Assembly: GCA_045535375.1 (NCBI GenBank)
Contig: JAZSLM010000007.1
Coordinates: forward strand, 15,322-79,321
From: Eubacteriales bacterium
GTDB lineage: Bacteria; Bacillota; Clostridia; Oscillospirales; CAG-272
DNA length: 64,000 bases
Direction of reading: 5' to 3'
The position numbers and the translations under genes are program-made. The notes beneath the pieces are model-generated. The model did no database searches and was not told the DNA's origin. It saw only the letters and a program-made list of their open reading frames with translations. Positions 26,641 through 35,520 of the stretch are shown here, in pieces (the stretch's first letter is position 1; each line of letters opens with the position of its first letter).

Positions 26641-27933
26641 ATGACACTCAAAAAAATCATCTCCGTATTCCTCATCATCTGCACTCTTCTCTCCTTTTCC
26701 GCCTGCAAGCCGGAGGACGCCGATCTGACCACGGCTCCCGTGCTTGAAACCGATGCGCCCGAGGCGGAAAAGCTTGTCTTTATCGATAACGGCAAGACCG
26801 ATTTCAAAACCATTCGCTCGGAAAACGCCGAGGGTTATTACCTTGACACCGCGCGCATCATCTACCGCAAGCTGAAGGACGAATATTCCTCCGATTTCAA
26901 GCAAGGTGAGGACTGGATAAATCCCCTCGAACCCGATCCTGCCAAGGCACACGAGGTCCTTCTTTTTGACACTGCCCGTGCGGAATCGGTTGCCGCAATG
27001 GCAGATCTGACCTCCCCGGGCTACATCATCCGGGTCACCGACTGCAAGATCGTCATCGTCGGCTCGGGGATCTCGCAGTGCAACGCGGCGCTGAATGAAT
27101 TTTTCTATAAGATCATCCCCGAGAACACCGCGGACGGCGTGACCGCTCTTCCCGTTGGTCTTGAGGTCAAAAAAGAACTTGCAAACGAAGCCTTCGACTT
27201 TTCCGCCGCGCTTTCTGCCGGCAAGAAGATCGGCGCGCACATCAGCGAGGTCTTCAAATATTCGGGGAGCGACGGTTTCACCTCCTCCCAGGGCGTAGCG
27301 AGCGACGGAAAATACGTTTATATCGCCACTAAAAAGAAGGATGGCGACACAGAAACCGACAAGATCGTCAAGGTCGATGCCGCATCGTGGGAAATAGTCA
27401 AGATCAGTGAGGAGCTTCCGCTCGATCACGCAAACGACATGACCTACGACCCCGTGCGCGGTCAGCTTGCCGTCGTCAACATGGTTGGCGGAGTTATATC
27501 CTTTGTTGATACCGAAACCCTGACCGTTATAAAAGCGCCGAGCCACCCCTTCTTCACAAGTGCGATCGAGTATATCGAGGAGGACGGTCAGTATCTTCTC
27601 CGCGCCGGAAACGGCTTCATTTACACCGACGGGGATCTGAATCAGCTTTCTTACCACGAAGTTAAAGGCTACCCCGCCGAGCTCGACAAATACACGGGCC
27701 AGGGCATGTACGCCGACACCAAGTACCTTTACATCCCCCGCAGCCCCACGGCGGGACTTACCGATAATATCATCATCATCTGCGATCGCGGAGGCGAATA
27801 TCTGACGACCGTAACCCTCGCAACCAAAATGGAATCCGAAACCATATTTACCGTGGGCGAAAAATTCTACGTCAGCTTCAACAAGAGCTGCAACGTGATC
27901 TGCGAAATGGAATTTTACGAGGTTTTTGAATAA
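26641..27933 (+). CDS. Lipoprotein, unknown function (N-terminal alpha/beta module shared with 5253 and 12843; propeller-like C-terminal part)
   Basis: Lipobox LLSFSAC, 430 aa. Confidence 0.7.
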   Translation: MTLKKIISVFLIICTLLSFSACKPEDADLTTAPVLETDAPEAEKLVFIDNGKTDFKTIRSENAEGYYLDTARIIYRKLKDEYSSDFKQGEDWINPLEPDPAKAHEVLLFDTARAESVAAMADLTSPGYIIRVTDCKIVIVGSGISQCNAALNEFFYKIIPENTADGVTALPVGLEVKKELANEAFDFSAALSAGKKIGAHISEVFKYSGSDGFTSSQGVASDGKYVYIATKKKDGDTETDKIVKVDAASWEIVKISEELPLDHANDMTYDPVRGQLAVVNMVGGVISFVDTETLTVIKAPSHPFFTSAIEYIEEDGQYLLRAGNGFIYTDGDLNQLSYHEVKGYPAELDKYTGQGMYADTKYLYIPRSPTAGLTDNIIIICDRGGEYLTTVTLATKMESETIFTVGEKFYVSFNKSCNVICEMEFYEVFE

Positions 27934-27938
27934 AATAT

Positions 27939-27962
27939 AAGGACTGCCCGCGGGCAGTCCTT
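27939..27962. terminator. Bidirectional terminator
   Basis: aaggactgcccg/cgggcagtcctt palindrome between convergent genes. Confidence 0.75.
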
Positions 27963-27968
27963 GTTATT

Positions 27969-29393
27969 TTAATATCTTCCTATTCTGTTCTGTCCCGGTC
28001 TTTGAACGACTGCGGCGACGTCGAAGGATTTTTTGAGCATATTGAAGCGAAGCTCGGTATAGGCGGGGTCATACCAGAGGTTATGCTCCTCGCGGGGGTC
28101 GGCTTCCATATCGTAAAGCTCACCCGTTTCGATTCCGTGGTAGACCACTAGCTTATATCGGCGGTCGCGGAACATTGTGGCGTAAGCCGCGGGTCTGCCG
28201 GGGCCCATACAGGACCAATAATACTCTGTGCGAACGTAGTCGCGCTCGATTCCCTCTCCGCCATCCTCCGAAAGCGCGGCACAGAGCGAATGGCCGTGCG
28301 TATCGGGAAACTCGATGCCGCAAAGCTCCGCGATCGTGGGCGCGATATCGGTATATTCGGTGATTCCCTTCACCACCTTGCCCGAGGCAAAGCGCGCGGG
28401 GCAGGAGAAGATGAGCGGCACGCGAACCGCGCCGTCATAGAAGCGGCAGCCCTTGTGAGTCAGTCCGTGGTCGCCGAGCATCTCGCCGTGATCGGAGGAG
28501 AATATGATGACGGTATCGTCGCGCAGACCGAGCTCGTCGATGACGTCGATGATTCTGCCGTAATGCGTGTCAACGATCTCGCAGGTGCCGTAATACGACG
28601 CCTTGTTGCGGCGCATCACGTCATCGGGGGCGTTGACGCCCTTCGACTGGTGGTAAGCAAGCGCAAGTTGCTCGCCGAGGGTGTAGTCGGATTCGTTGAA
28701 AATGGGATCGGGGATGTTACGCGCGAGGTATTTTTCGATCAGGTGCGTCGGCGCGTCGTAGGGTGGATGCGGGTCGAAGCAGTTGACCGAAAGAAGCCAC
28801 GGCTCATCCGACTCCGCACGCTCGCGGATGAATTTTTCGGCTTCCTCCGCCATCCAAGCGGTCTGCCGCAACTCGACGGGCGCGTCCTCGCGGTACCAGA
28901 AATAGTCGCTCTTGCCGCTGTCGTTGGTCATGATGTCGCGGAAATTGATGTCCTTGCGCTTCAGCCACTCGCGGTATTCGTTGACACCCGATTCCATCTG
29001 GTGACCGCCCGAGAGGCTGTAAATGAAGGTTTCGTAGCCATCCTCGCCGCGCTCCTCGTAGCCTCGCCAAGCGGTGGTGATGTGGAGCTTGCCGATGTTT
29101 CCGCAATGGTATCCCGCGTCCGCAAGAGCCTTGGTGATAAGTGTGCAATGCTCGGGCAGGTTGTCGCCGCCGAGGATGTTTGCGTTGATCGACGAGGGAT
29201 ATTTGCCCGTCAGAAAGCTCGAACGGCTCGGCGTGCAGACGGGATTCTGAACGTACGCCTTGTCGAAAGCAACGCCCTCGCGGCAGAGGCGGTCGAGATT
29301 CGGTGTATCTATGTATTCGTTGCCGAGCGCACGGATGGTGTCATACCGTTGCTGATCGGCGCAAAGCCAGAGAATATTAGGTCGTTTTTTCAT
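27969..29393 (-). CDS. Cys-type sulfatase (arylsulfatase family), cytoplasmic or lacking an obvious signal peptide
   Basis: 474 aa. It has the N-terminal PNILWLCADQQR block and the formylglycine motif CTPSRSSFLTG. Confidence 0.85.
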   Translation of the reverse strand: MKKRPNILWLCADQQRYDTIRALGNEYIDTPNLDRLCREGVAFDKAYVQNPVCTPSRSSFLTGKYPSSINANILGGDNLPEHCTLITKALADAGYHCGNIGKLHITTAWRGYEERGEDGYETFIYSLSGGHQMESGVNEYREWLKRKDINFRDIMTNDSGKSDYFWYREDAPVELRQTAWMAEEAEKFIRERAESDEPWLLSVNCFDPHPPYDAPTHLIEKYLARNIPDPIFNESDYTLGEQLALAYHQSKGVNAPDDVMRRNKASYYGTCEIVDTHYGRIIDVIDELGLRDDTVIIFSSDHGEMLGDHGLTHKGCRFYDGAVRVPLIFSCPARFASGKVVKGITEYTDIAPTIAELCGIEFPDTHGHSLCAALSEDGGEGIERDYVRTEYYWSCMGPGRPAAYATMFRDRRYKLVVYHGIETGELYDMEADPREEHNLWYDPAYTELRFNMLKKSFDVAAVVQRPGQNRIGRY

Positions 29394-29635
29394 TTTTCGG
29401 TCTCCATCAGATTTATTGGTTATATTATAGCATACAGCGGCAGTTTTTTCAATATCGAACAGAAAGAAAAAACTCGTGATGAGAAAACTGCCGCGGTCTC
29501 AAATAGATAACAGAGTGGTCGCTTGCATTGCAAACTAAATCTCTATGATGAACATAAAAATCACCAAATTCCGCGCAAATTACGGTTGCAAACCCAAATG
29601 CAACCGCAGGTTGCGCGGATTCCACTGTTTATTGG

Positions 29636-29664
29636 TTGAAATCGTGGCGTGTTTGTGGTATAAT
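29636..29664 (+). promoter_or_regulatory. SigA-type promoter for the XRE regulator
   Basis: TTGAAA, 17-nt spacer, TATAAT (29659-29664). Confidence 0.55.
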
Positions 29665-29696
29665 TTGTTCAAAATCACACGAAAGGAATTTTTTCA

Positions 29697-30626
29697 ATGG
29701 AAAAAGCTGCTACGCTTGGCGAAAGAATTTATAAATACCGCACCGCGCGGGGGCTCTCACAGCTCGAGCTTTCCGAGCTTCTCGAGGTCTCGCGCCAATC
29801 GATCTCGAAATGGGAGACCGACGCCGCCGTCCCCGAGCTTTCAAAACTCGTCAAAATGGCAGAGGTTTTTGATATCAGCCTTGACACGCTCGTTCTCGGC
29901 AAAGAGGACGAAGCAAAGGAAGAACCAATCAAAGAAGAACTCGCACCCGCCGCGCCGATCGCGGAGATTCGCGAGAGAAGCCGCCTCAAGCTCGGATTCG
30001 GATTCTGTTTTCTCGGCGTGGGTATTCTGATTTCATTTCTCCTATTACTCCTTGCAGGCGACTTTCTCGCCGCGCTGATCGTCTTTGTTCCATTCGGAGT
30101 ATCGGCTTTCTTCTGCCTCAAACAATTCCGCCACGCCGCGCTTTGGTGCTTTGAGGCGTGGTATTGCTGGATCGCGGCGTACTTTTACTATGCAACGGGA
30201 TGTCATTGGAACGCATGGCTGCCGAGGCTCATACATTTTTCCAAATCCGGCATTGATATTCAGACAATAATATCGTTCGGATTCTTCCTTTTGCTCGTTT
30301 TCTTCATCTGCATGACGGTTTTCGTCCACCGCAAGGAAAGATTTGAATTTTCGAAGAAAAAGCATATAGTTCTTGCCGTTATCACAGCACTTGCGATCCC
30401 CGTCAAGCACCTTGCGCTCTGGCTTATGCAGAGTTTTTGGTTCAACGTCGTGGCAAACGGTGACACGGATTATTACGCTCGCGTGATCGCCAGGAACTAC
30501 CGCGCGCTCATCCCGACCCTCGAATTCCTCGTCGACCTCGCCTTCACCGTCATCTTCACCGCCTGCCTTGTCCCGACGTTTTATTGGATTCGCGCGCTAA
30601 TAAAAGAAAAGAAAGCAAACAAATAA
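29697..30626 (+). CDS. XRE-family HTH regulator fused to a polytopic membrane domain
   Basis: The HTH is LGERIYKYRTARGLSQLELSELLEVSRQSISKWETD. About six hydrophobic segments follow. Confidence 0.8.
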   Translation: MEKAATLGERIYKYRTARGLSQLELSELLEVSRQSISKWETDAAVPELSKLVKMAEVFDISLDTLVLGKEDEAKEEPIKEELAPAAPIAEIRERSRLKLGFGFCFLGVGILISFLLLLLAGDFLAALIVFVPFGVSAFFCLKQFRHAALWCFEAWYCWIAAYFYYATGCHWNAWLPRLIHFSKSGIDIQTIISFGFFLLLVFFICMTVFVHRKERFEFSKKKHIVLAVITALAIPVKHLALWLMQSFWFNVVANGDTDYYARVIARNYRALIPTLEFLVDLAFTVIFTACLVPTFYWIRALIKEKKANK

Positions 30627-30637
30627 TACCTTCACCT

Positions 30638-30667
30638 AAAAACAGCGGTTTTTCCACCGCTGTTTTG
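30638..30667 (+). terminator. Rho-independent terminator
   Basis: aaaacagcggt-ttttcc-accgctgtttt followed by a T-run. Confidence 0.75.
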
Positions 30668-30672
30668 TTTTC

Positions 30673-30701
30673 TTGACAAATTTTCCGCAATATGATAAAA
30701 T
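30673..30701 (+). promoter_or_regulatory. SigA-type promoter upstream of sigma module 1
   Basis: TTGACA (30673-30678), 17-nt spacer with TG, TAAAAT (30696-30701). Confidence 0.6.
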
Positions 30702-30766
30702 AAATTATAATAATCTGTTACCTGCGCGGGAGACTTTTCGTCTTATAGGATGAAGGAGGAATGACG

Positions 30767-31324
30767 ATGGACGACAAAAGAATAATTGAACTCTTTTTTG
30801 CCCGCGACGAGCGCGCCCTTCGCGAGGTAACGAAAAAGTACGGCAAACTTTGCATGCATATTGCCGAAAACTTCCTTTCCAGCCGCGAGGACCGCGAGGA
30901 ATGTCAGAGCGACGTTCTGCTCGAGCTGTGGAATCGCATTCCGCCGGAAGAACCCAACGATCTGCGGGCATACGTCGCCGCGATAATCCGGAGTCGCGCG
31001 ATAGATAAGCTCCGCCGTGATTCCGCGGGAAAGCGCGGCGGAAACGTGCTCATCGTCAGCGACGAACTGATTTCCGACCTCGCTGACGGCACCTCTCTTG
31101 CGGAAGAATACGAATCGACACGCGCGGGCGAGGTCATAAACAAGTTCCTCGACTCGCAACAAAAGTGTGAACGCGCAGTCTTCATCATGCGCTATTACCT
31201 AATGGAGAGCATCAAGGACATCTCCGCCCGCACGGGATTTTCCGAGGGTAAGATCAAGATGATGCTGATGAGAATGCGCCGCAGACTTGAAGAAGATTTA
31301 AGAAAGGAAGGAATACTGCTTTGA
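30767..31324 (+). CDS. ECF-type sigma-70-family factor (module 1)
   Basis: About 185 aa with only region 2 (REDREECQSDVLLELWNRIPPEEP) and region 4 (ERAVFIMRYY...ISARTGFSEGKIKMMLMRMRRRL). The start is MDDKRII, with GAAGGAGG 7 nt upstream; the track start at 30761 is too close to the SD. Confidence 0.8.
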   Translation: MDDKRIIELFFARDERALREVTKKYGKLCMHIAENFLSSREDREECQSDVLLELWNRIPPEEPNDLRAYVAAIIRSRAIDKLRRDSAGKRGGNVLIVSDELISDLADGTSLAEEYESTRAGEVINKFLDSQQKCERAVFIMRYYLMESIKDISARTGFSEGKIKMMLMRMRRRLEEDLRKEGILL

Positions 31325-32556
31325 AAAACAAAAATGAAAAGCTGATGTCGGCTTTCGACCACATCGACTCGCGCTACATAGGCGAGGCGATGGAATATTA
31401 CGGTGAAAAGTCCGCCAAGAAGCCCGTTTTCGCCAAAAGAATTAACCGCTACGTCGCCGTAGCATCGGCAGCCGCCGCGTGCCTTTTGATCATCGCGCTC
31501 GCGCTCCCCTCTTTGCTGATCGAAAGAGGCGCGGACAGCTACACCCCCACCGACGTCCGCGCGGAGGACACTGATACAAAAGTTCAGACCCCGCCCGAGC
31601 ATGACGGCAGTAAAGGACTTCTTTACGAGATCAACGAGGACGGCAAGAGTGCATCCTTCGTTGGCTTCGGTACTTGCACCGAGGAAACTGTCGTGATTGC
31701 AAGCACATATGACGGTCTGCCGGTTACGAGAATGTATAATAAAGGATATTGGGAAGCTGAAACTATTCCTGTCGACCACGATTTCAACAGTAAGTATCTC
31801 AAACGTCTTGTTATTTCGGATACCGTACAGACCGTTGATTTTGAATGTATCCGCCAGTGCCCGAATATCGAAAGCATATATTTTGGCTCAAGAGTGAATC
31901 ATATTGGAGCGCTTTTCTTCGGTCCCGGCTATGGGGAAAACTTTTCCTCGGTAGAGGTTTCTCCCGACAACAAGTATTTTTCCGATAAAGGAAATTGTAT
32001 TGTGGACCTGAGAACGGGGGCTCTCGTCTTGGCAACTCCCACGACCGTTATCCCCAATGACGGAAGTGTTAAGATCATAGGTAATTCGGCTTTTGGCTCC
32101 GCAAGACGGCATCTTACCTCTATCGTCATCCCGGAGGGCGTGAGGATGATCGACCACGGCGCGTTCCGCGAGTGCCAGAAGCTTGAGAACATTGTGCTTC
32201 CAAATAGTCTTGAGATCATTGAATCCTGTGCGTTTGATGGTTGCCACAGCCTTAAGACTCTTGAACTCGGCGTAGGGCTGAAGGTGTATAATCAAGATGT
32301 CTTTTTCACCTGTATCCCAAAAACACAAATAATCTATAAGGGTACCGTGGCGCAGTGGGAGTCGATAGCGAAGAACGATGACTCTCCGGAACTTGTTGAC
32401 GGCACCCCACAAGACCCTATTGTCAGTACGGTATACTGTACCGACGGTGAAACTTACAGCAACGCAGGTAATCTGGAACAGTATAGATGGTGGTTTATGC
32501 CGGAGTACAGCACATATTGGGAGATCCAATATTTAACACCGGCAGAAACCGATTGA
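31321..32556 (+). CDS. Single-pass membrane protein: short cytoplasmic N-domain (putative anti-sigma), TM segment, one extracellular BspA-type LRR cassette (module 1)
   Basis: A TTG start overlaps the sigma stop by 4 nt. The N-terminus MKNKNEKLMSAFDHIDSRYIGEAMEYY is homologous to the other four partners. The TM segment is YVAVASAAAACLLIIALALPSLLI. LRR units follow (IPxxVxxIGxxAFxxC). Confidence 0.75.
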   Translation: MKNKNEKLMSAFDHIDSRYIGEAMEYYGEKSAKKPVFAKRINRYVAVASAAAACLLIIALALPSLLIERGADSYTPTDVRAEDTDTKVQTPPEHDGSKGLLYEINEDGKSASFVGFGTCTEETVVIASTYDGLPVTRMYNKGYWEAETIPVDHDFNSKYLKRLVISDTVQTVDFECIRQCPNIESIYFGSRVNHIGALFFGPGYGENFSSVEVSPDNKYFSDKGNCIVDLRTGALVLATPTTVIPNDGSVKIIGNSAFGSARRHLTSIVIPEGVRMIDHGAFRECQKLENIVLPNSLEIIESCAFDGCHSLKTLELGVGLKVYNQDVFFTCIPKTQIIYKGTVAQWESIAKNDDSPELVDGTPQDPIVSTVYCTDGETYSNAGNLEQYRWWFMPEYSTYWEIQYLTPAETD

Positions 32557-32567
32557 TAAAAGAAAAC

Positions 32568-32601
32568 GGGGCTGATTCATTAAGCAAGATGAATCAGCCC
32601 C
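32568..32601. terminator. Hairpin terminator between convergent genes (T-run on the minus strand)
   Basis: ggggctgattcat-taagcaag-atgaatcagcccc. Confidence 0.7.
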
Positions 32602-32609
32602 ACTCTATC

Positions 32610-34451
32610 TTATCTTCTCATCGCCCTTATCGCGTTGAGCACGGCGATGACCATGACTCCGACGTCGGCGAAGATTCCGAGCCACATGTTGGCGAGTCCT
32701 GCGGCGACGAGCGCGAGGCAGCCGAATTTGACGGCGAGCGAGAAGATTATGTTCTGTTTAACGATGGACAGGCATTTGCGCGAGATTGCGACGGCCTTGG
32801 CAATATCGCGCGGGTCGTCCTTCATCAGCACGACGTCCGCCGCCTCGATCGCGGCATCCGAGCCCATCGCGCCCATTGCGATTCCGACGTCGGCGCGCGC
32901 AAGCACGGGGGCGTCGTTGATTCCGTCGCCGACAAAGGCGACCTTTTTGCCCTCCGAAAGAAGCGCCTCGACCTCCGTGATCTTATCCGCGGGCAGGAGC
33001 GCGGCGCGGTATTCGGCAATTCCGAGCTTTTCGCTGACCGCTTTTGCGATGGCCTCGCCGTCGCCCGTCAGCATCACGCATTTTTCGATACCGATCTTGT
33101 CAAGTTCCGCGATCGCCTCGCGCGATTCCTCCTTGACGGCATCGGCAACAAGGATGATTCCCGCAAATTCACCGCCGACGGCAACGTAAACCGCCGCCCG
33201 GGCGCCCGTATACTCGGGTGCGTTCGGTATCAGCTTGCGGTTTCCGACGGCGACTTCGATCCCGTCTACCTCGCAGGTGACACCGAGACCGCCGATCTCG
33301 CGAATATCCTTCACACGCGCGCGGTCGATCTCGCCACCGTAAGCCGAAACTAGGCTTTTTGCGATCGGATGCGAGGAGGATGCCTCGGCATGCGCGGCAA
33401 ATCCGAGCAGTTCTTCTTTTTCTATCTTATTTTCGATGATCTCGGTGACCTCAAAAGTACCGCGGGTCAGCGTGCCGGTCTTATCAAGGGCGACAATTTT
33501 GACCTCGGCAAGCGCCTCGAGGTAGTTAGAACCTTTGACAAGTATTCCCTCGCGGCTCGCGCCGCCGATCCCCGCAAAAAACGTCAGCGGAATGCTGATA
33601 ACAAGTGCGCAGGGACAGCTGATAACGAGGAATGTCAGCGCGCGGTAGAGCCAGACCGACCACTCGCCTAGTCCGCAAAGGGGCGGAATGACGGCAAGAG
33701 CGAGCGCGGAAGCGCATACTGCGGGAGTATAAACACGGGCAAATTTTGAGATAAATTTTTCCGATCTCGATTTGCGCGAGCTTGCGTTTTCAACGAGCTC
33801 GAGAATGCGCGAAACCGTCGATTCCGGGAATTCCTTTTCGGTACGGATTCGCAAAAGTCCCGTAAGACTCACGCAGCCGCTGATGACGGAATCTCCCGCC
33901 GCGATCTCGCGCGGCACGCTCTCGCCCGTCAGCGCCGAGGTGTCAAGCGTGCTTTCGCCCTCGATCACCACGCCGTCGATCGGGATCCTCTCACCGGGGC
34001 GGACAATTATGATCTCTCCGAGCGCAACTTCGGCGGGGTCGACTTCGATCAGTTCCCCGTCACGTTCAACGTTCGCCGAATCGGGGCGGATATCCATCAG
34101 CTCAGCAATATTTTTGCGGCTCTTACCTACCGCGATCGACTGAAAGAGCTCGCCCGTCTGGTAAAAGAGCATAACGGCAACCGCCTCGTTGTAGTCGCCG
34201 CTTTTCGTATAGACAGCAAGCGCGAACGCGCCGACGGTGGCTATTGCCATGAGGAAATTTTCATCGAGGAACTGACGGTTCCAAAGTCCGCACAGAGCCT
34301 CCCAAAGGATGTCGTAACCGATCAGAAGATAGAGCGCGGTGAAAAGCGCAAGTCGGAGAATGCCTTCGATCGGCAAAATATTGAGCAAAAGCGTGCCCGC
34401 CGCGGCGGTGATTATCCGCGCGAGCATTATCTTGTGCCGTTTTTTCATCAC
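32610..34451 (-). CDS. P1B-type heavy-metal-translocating ATPase (Cd/Zn/Co-type) lacking a fused metal-binding domain
   Basis: 613 aa with CPC (SCPCALVISIP), DKTGTLT, SSHPIA and GDGINDAP. Confidence 0.88.
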   Translation of the reverse strand: MMKKRHKIMLARIITAAAGTLLLNILPIEGILRLALFTALYLLIGYDILWEALCGLWNRQFLDENFLMAIATVGAFALAVYTKSGDYNEAVAVMLFYQTGELFQSIAVGKSRKNIAELMDIRPDSANVERDGELIEVDPAEVALGEIIIVRPGERIPIDGVVIEGESTLDTSALTGESVPREIAAGDSVISGCVSLTGLLRIRTEKEFPESTVSRILELVENASSRKSRSEKFISKFARVYTPAVCASALALAVIPPLCGLGEWSVWLYRALTFLVISCPCALVISIPLTFFAGIGGASREGILVKGSNYLEALAEVKIVALDKTGTLTRGTFEVTEIIENKIEKEELLGFAAHAEASSSHPIAKSLVSAYGGEIDRARVKDIREIGGLGVTCEVDGIEVAVGNRKLIPNAPEYTGARAAVYVAVGGEFAGIILVADAVKEESREAIAELDKIGIEKCVMLTGDGEAIAKAVSEKLGIAEYRAALLPADKITEVEALLSEGKKVAFVGDGINDAPVLARADVGIAMGAMGSDAAIEAADVVLMKDDPRDIAKAVAISRKCLSIVKQNIIFSLAVKFGCLALVAAGLANMWLGIFADVGVMVIAVLNAIRAMRR

Positions 34452-34666
34452 ATATCAATAGAAAAATGGCGCTCGACCTTGCGGCAGGTCTTGAGGACAT
34501 CTTTAAGTACCTTTGCCTCATCCGCGCCGTCGGCGAAAACGACGGTCATTTTCTGCGTCATAAAGTTGATAGCAAGGTCGGCAACTCCCGCGACCTTCTT
34601 TGCGGCGTCCTCCGCCTTCGCGGCGCAATGCGCGCAGTCAACCTCGATTTTGTAGATCTTCTTCAT
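34448..34666 (-). CDS. Stand-alone heavy-metal-associated (HMA) domain protein
   Basis: 72 aa, MKKIYKIEVDCAHCAAKAE..., with a CxxC motif. Its stop overlaps the ATPase start by 4 nt. The track start at 34756 lacks support. Confidence 0.75.
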   Translation of the reverse strand: MKKIYKIEVDCAHCAAKAEDAAKKVAGVADLAINFMTQKMTVVFADGADEAKVLKDVLKTCRKVERHFSIDM

Positions 34667-34814
34667 TATGTAAATCTCCTTGGATTGTTTTTTTACAATT
34701 AAACGCTTGTTTAATCGTTCCGAAAGTATTATACTATTTATAGGGCAAAAAATCAACGATTTTCGATCCTAAACGACCAAAAAGGCAAATTATGTTTCCA
34801 AAAAGGAGAAAGCC

Positions 34815-35465
34815 GTGGCACACCTTCATTCTCACATCGACAACGAAAATTTTGAGACCGCCGCAGAGTTTTTCAAGATGCTCGGCGACGGCACGCGGAT
34901 AAAAATATTCTGGCTTCTTTGCCACAGCGAGGAATGCGGAGTCGGACTTTCCGAAAAGCTCGGCATTTCGGGTCCCGCGGTGGCGCATCACCTGCGCGTC
35001 CTTCGCGAATGCGGGCTGATCGACTCGCGCCGCGAGGGCAAGGAGGTCTATTACCGGATCGCCGACAACGAGGTAAGCCTTGCGATGCACACGGCGGTCG
35101 AGGGCGTAATGGAGGTCGCCTGCCCCGAAAGCGAGGGCGGACGGACAAGCGCGGAGACCGTGCGTATGGTGCACGATTACTTGCTCGAGCACATCTCCGA
35201 GCGCGTGACGATCGAGGAGCTCTCGAGACAATTCCACATCAACCCGACGACGCTCAAAAAGGCTTTCAAGGAGGAATACGGCTCCTCGATCGCGGCACAC
35301 ACCAAGGAGCATCGAATGGAACGCGCCGAAATGCTGCTTCGCGAGGGCTCGGGAAGTGTCAGCGACGTCGCCCGCGCCGTCGGATTTGACAGCGCGAGCA
35401 GGTTTACCTCGGCTTTCAGGGAGAAATACGGCATCTCACCGAGCGATTATAAGAGGAAAAAATAA
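34815..35465 (+). CDS. Fusion regulator: ArsR/SmtB-type HTH (N-terminal) plus AraC-type HTH (C-terminal)
   Basis: GTG start with AAGGAG 6 nt upstream. The ArsR part is FKMLGDGTRIKIFWLLCHSEECGVGLSEKLGISGPAVAHHLRVLRECGLI. The AraC part is ...INPTTLKKAFKEEYG...VSDVARAVGFDSASRFTSAFREKYGISPSDY. Confidence 0.75.
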   Translation: MAHLHSHIDNENFETAAEFFKMLGDGTRIKIFWLLCHSEECGVGLSEKLGISGPAVAHHLRVLRECGLIDSRREGKEVYYRIADNEVSLAMHTAVEGVMEVACPESEGGRTSAETVRMVHDYLLEHISERVTIEELSRQFHINPTTLKKAFKEEYGSSIAAHTKEHRMERAEMLLREGSGSVSDVARAVGFDSASRFTSAFREKYGISPSDYKRKK

Positions 35466-35476
35466 AAAATAAAACC

Positions 35477-35513
35477 GCGGCGAATATCGGTAAAATGCTC
35501 CGATATTCGCCGC
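35477..35513. terminator. Bidirectional terminator
   Basis: gcggcgaatatcgg-taaaatgct-ccgatattcgccgc between convergent genes. Confidence 0.75.
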
Positions 35514-35520
35514 ATAGGTT

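Noticed and set aside
32610-34666. The metal ATPase module as evidence that the region is a plasmid or transposon
   Set aside because: No transposase, integrase, resolvase or terminal repeats flank it, only ordinary terminators.
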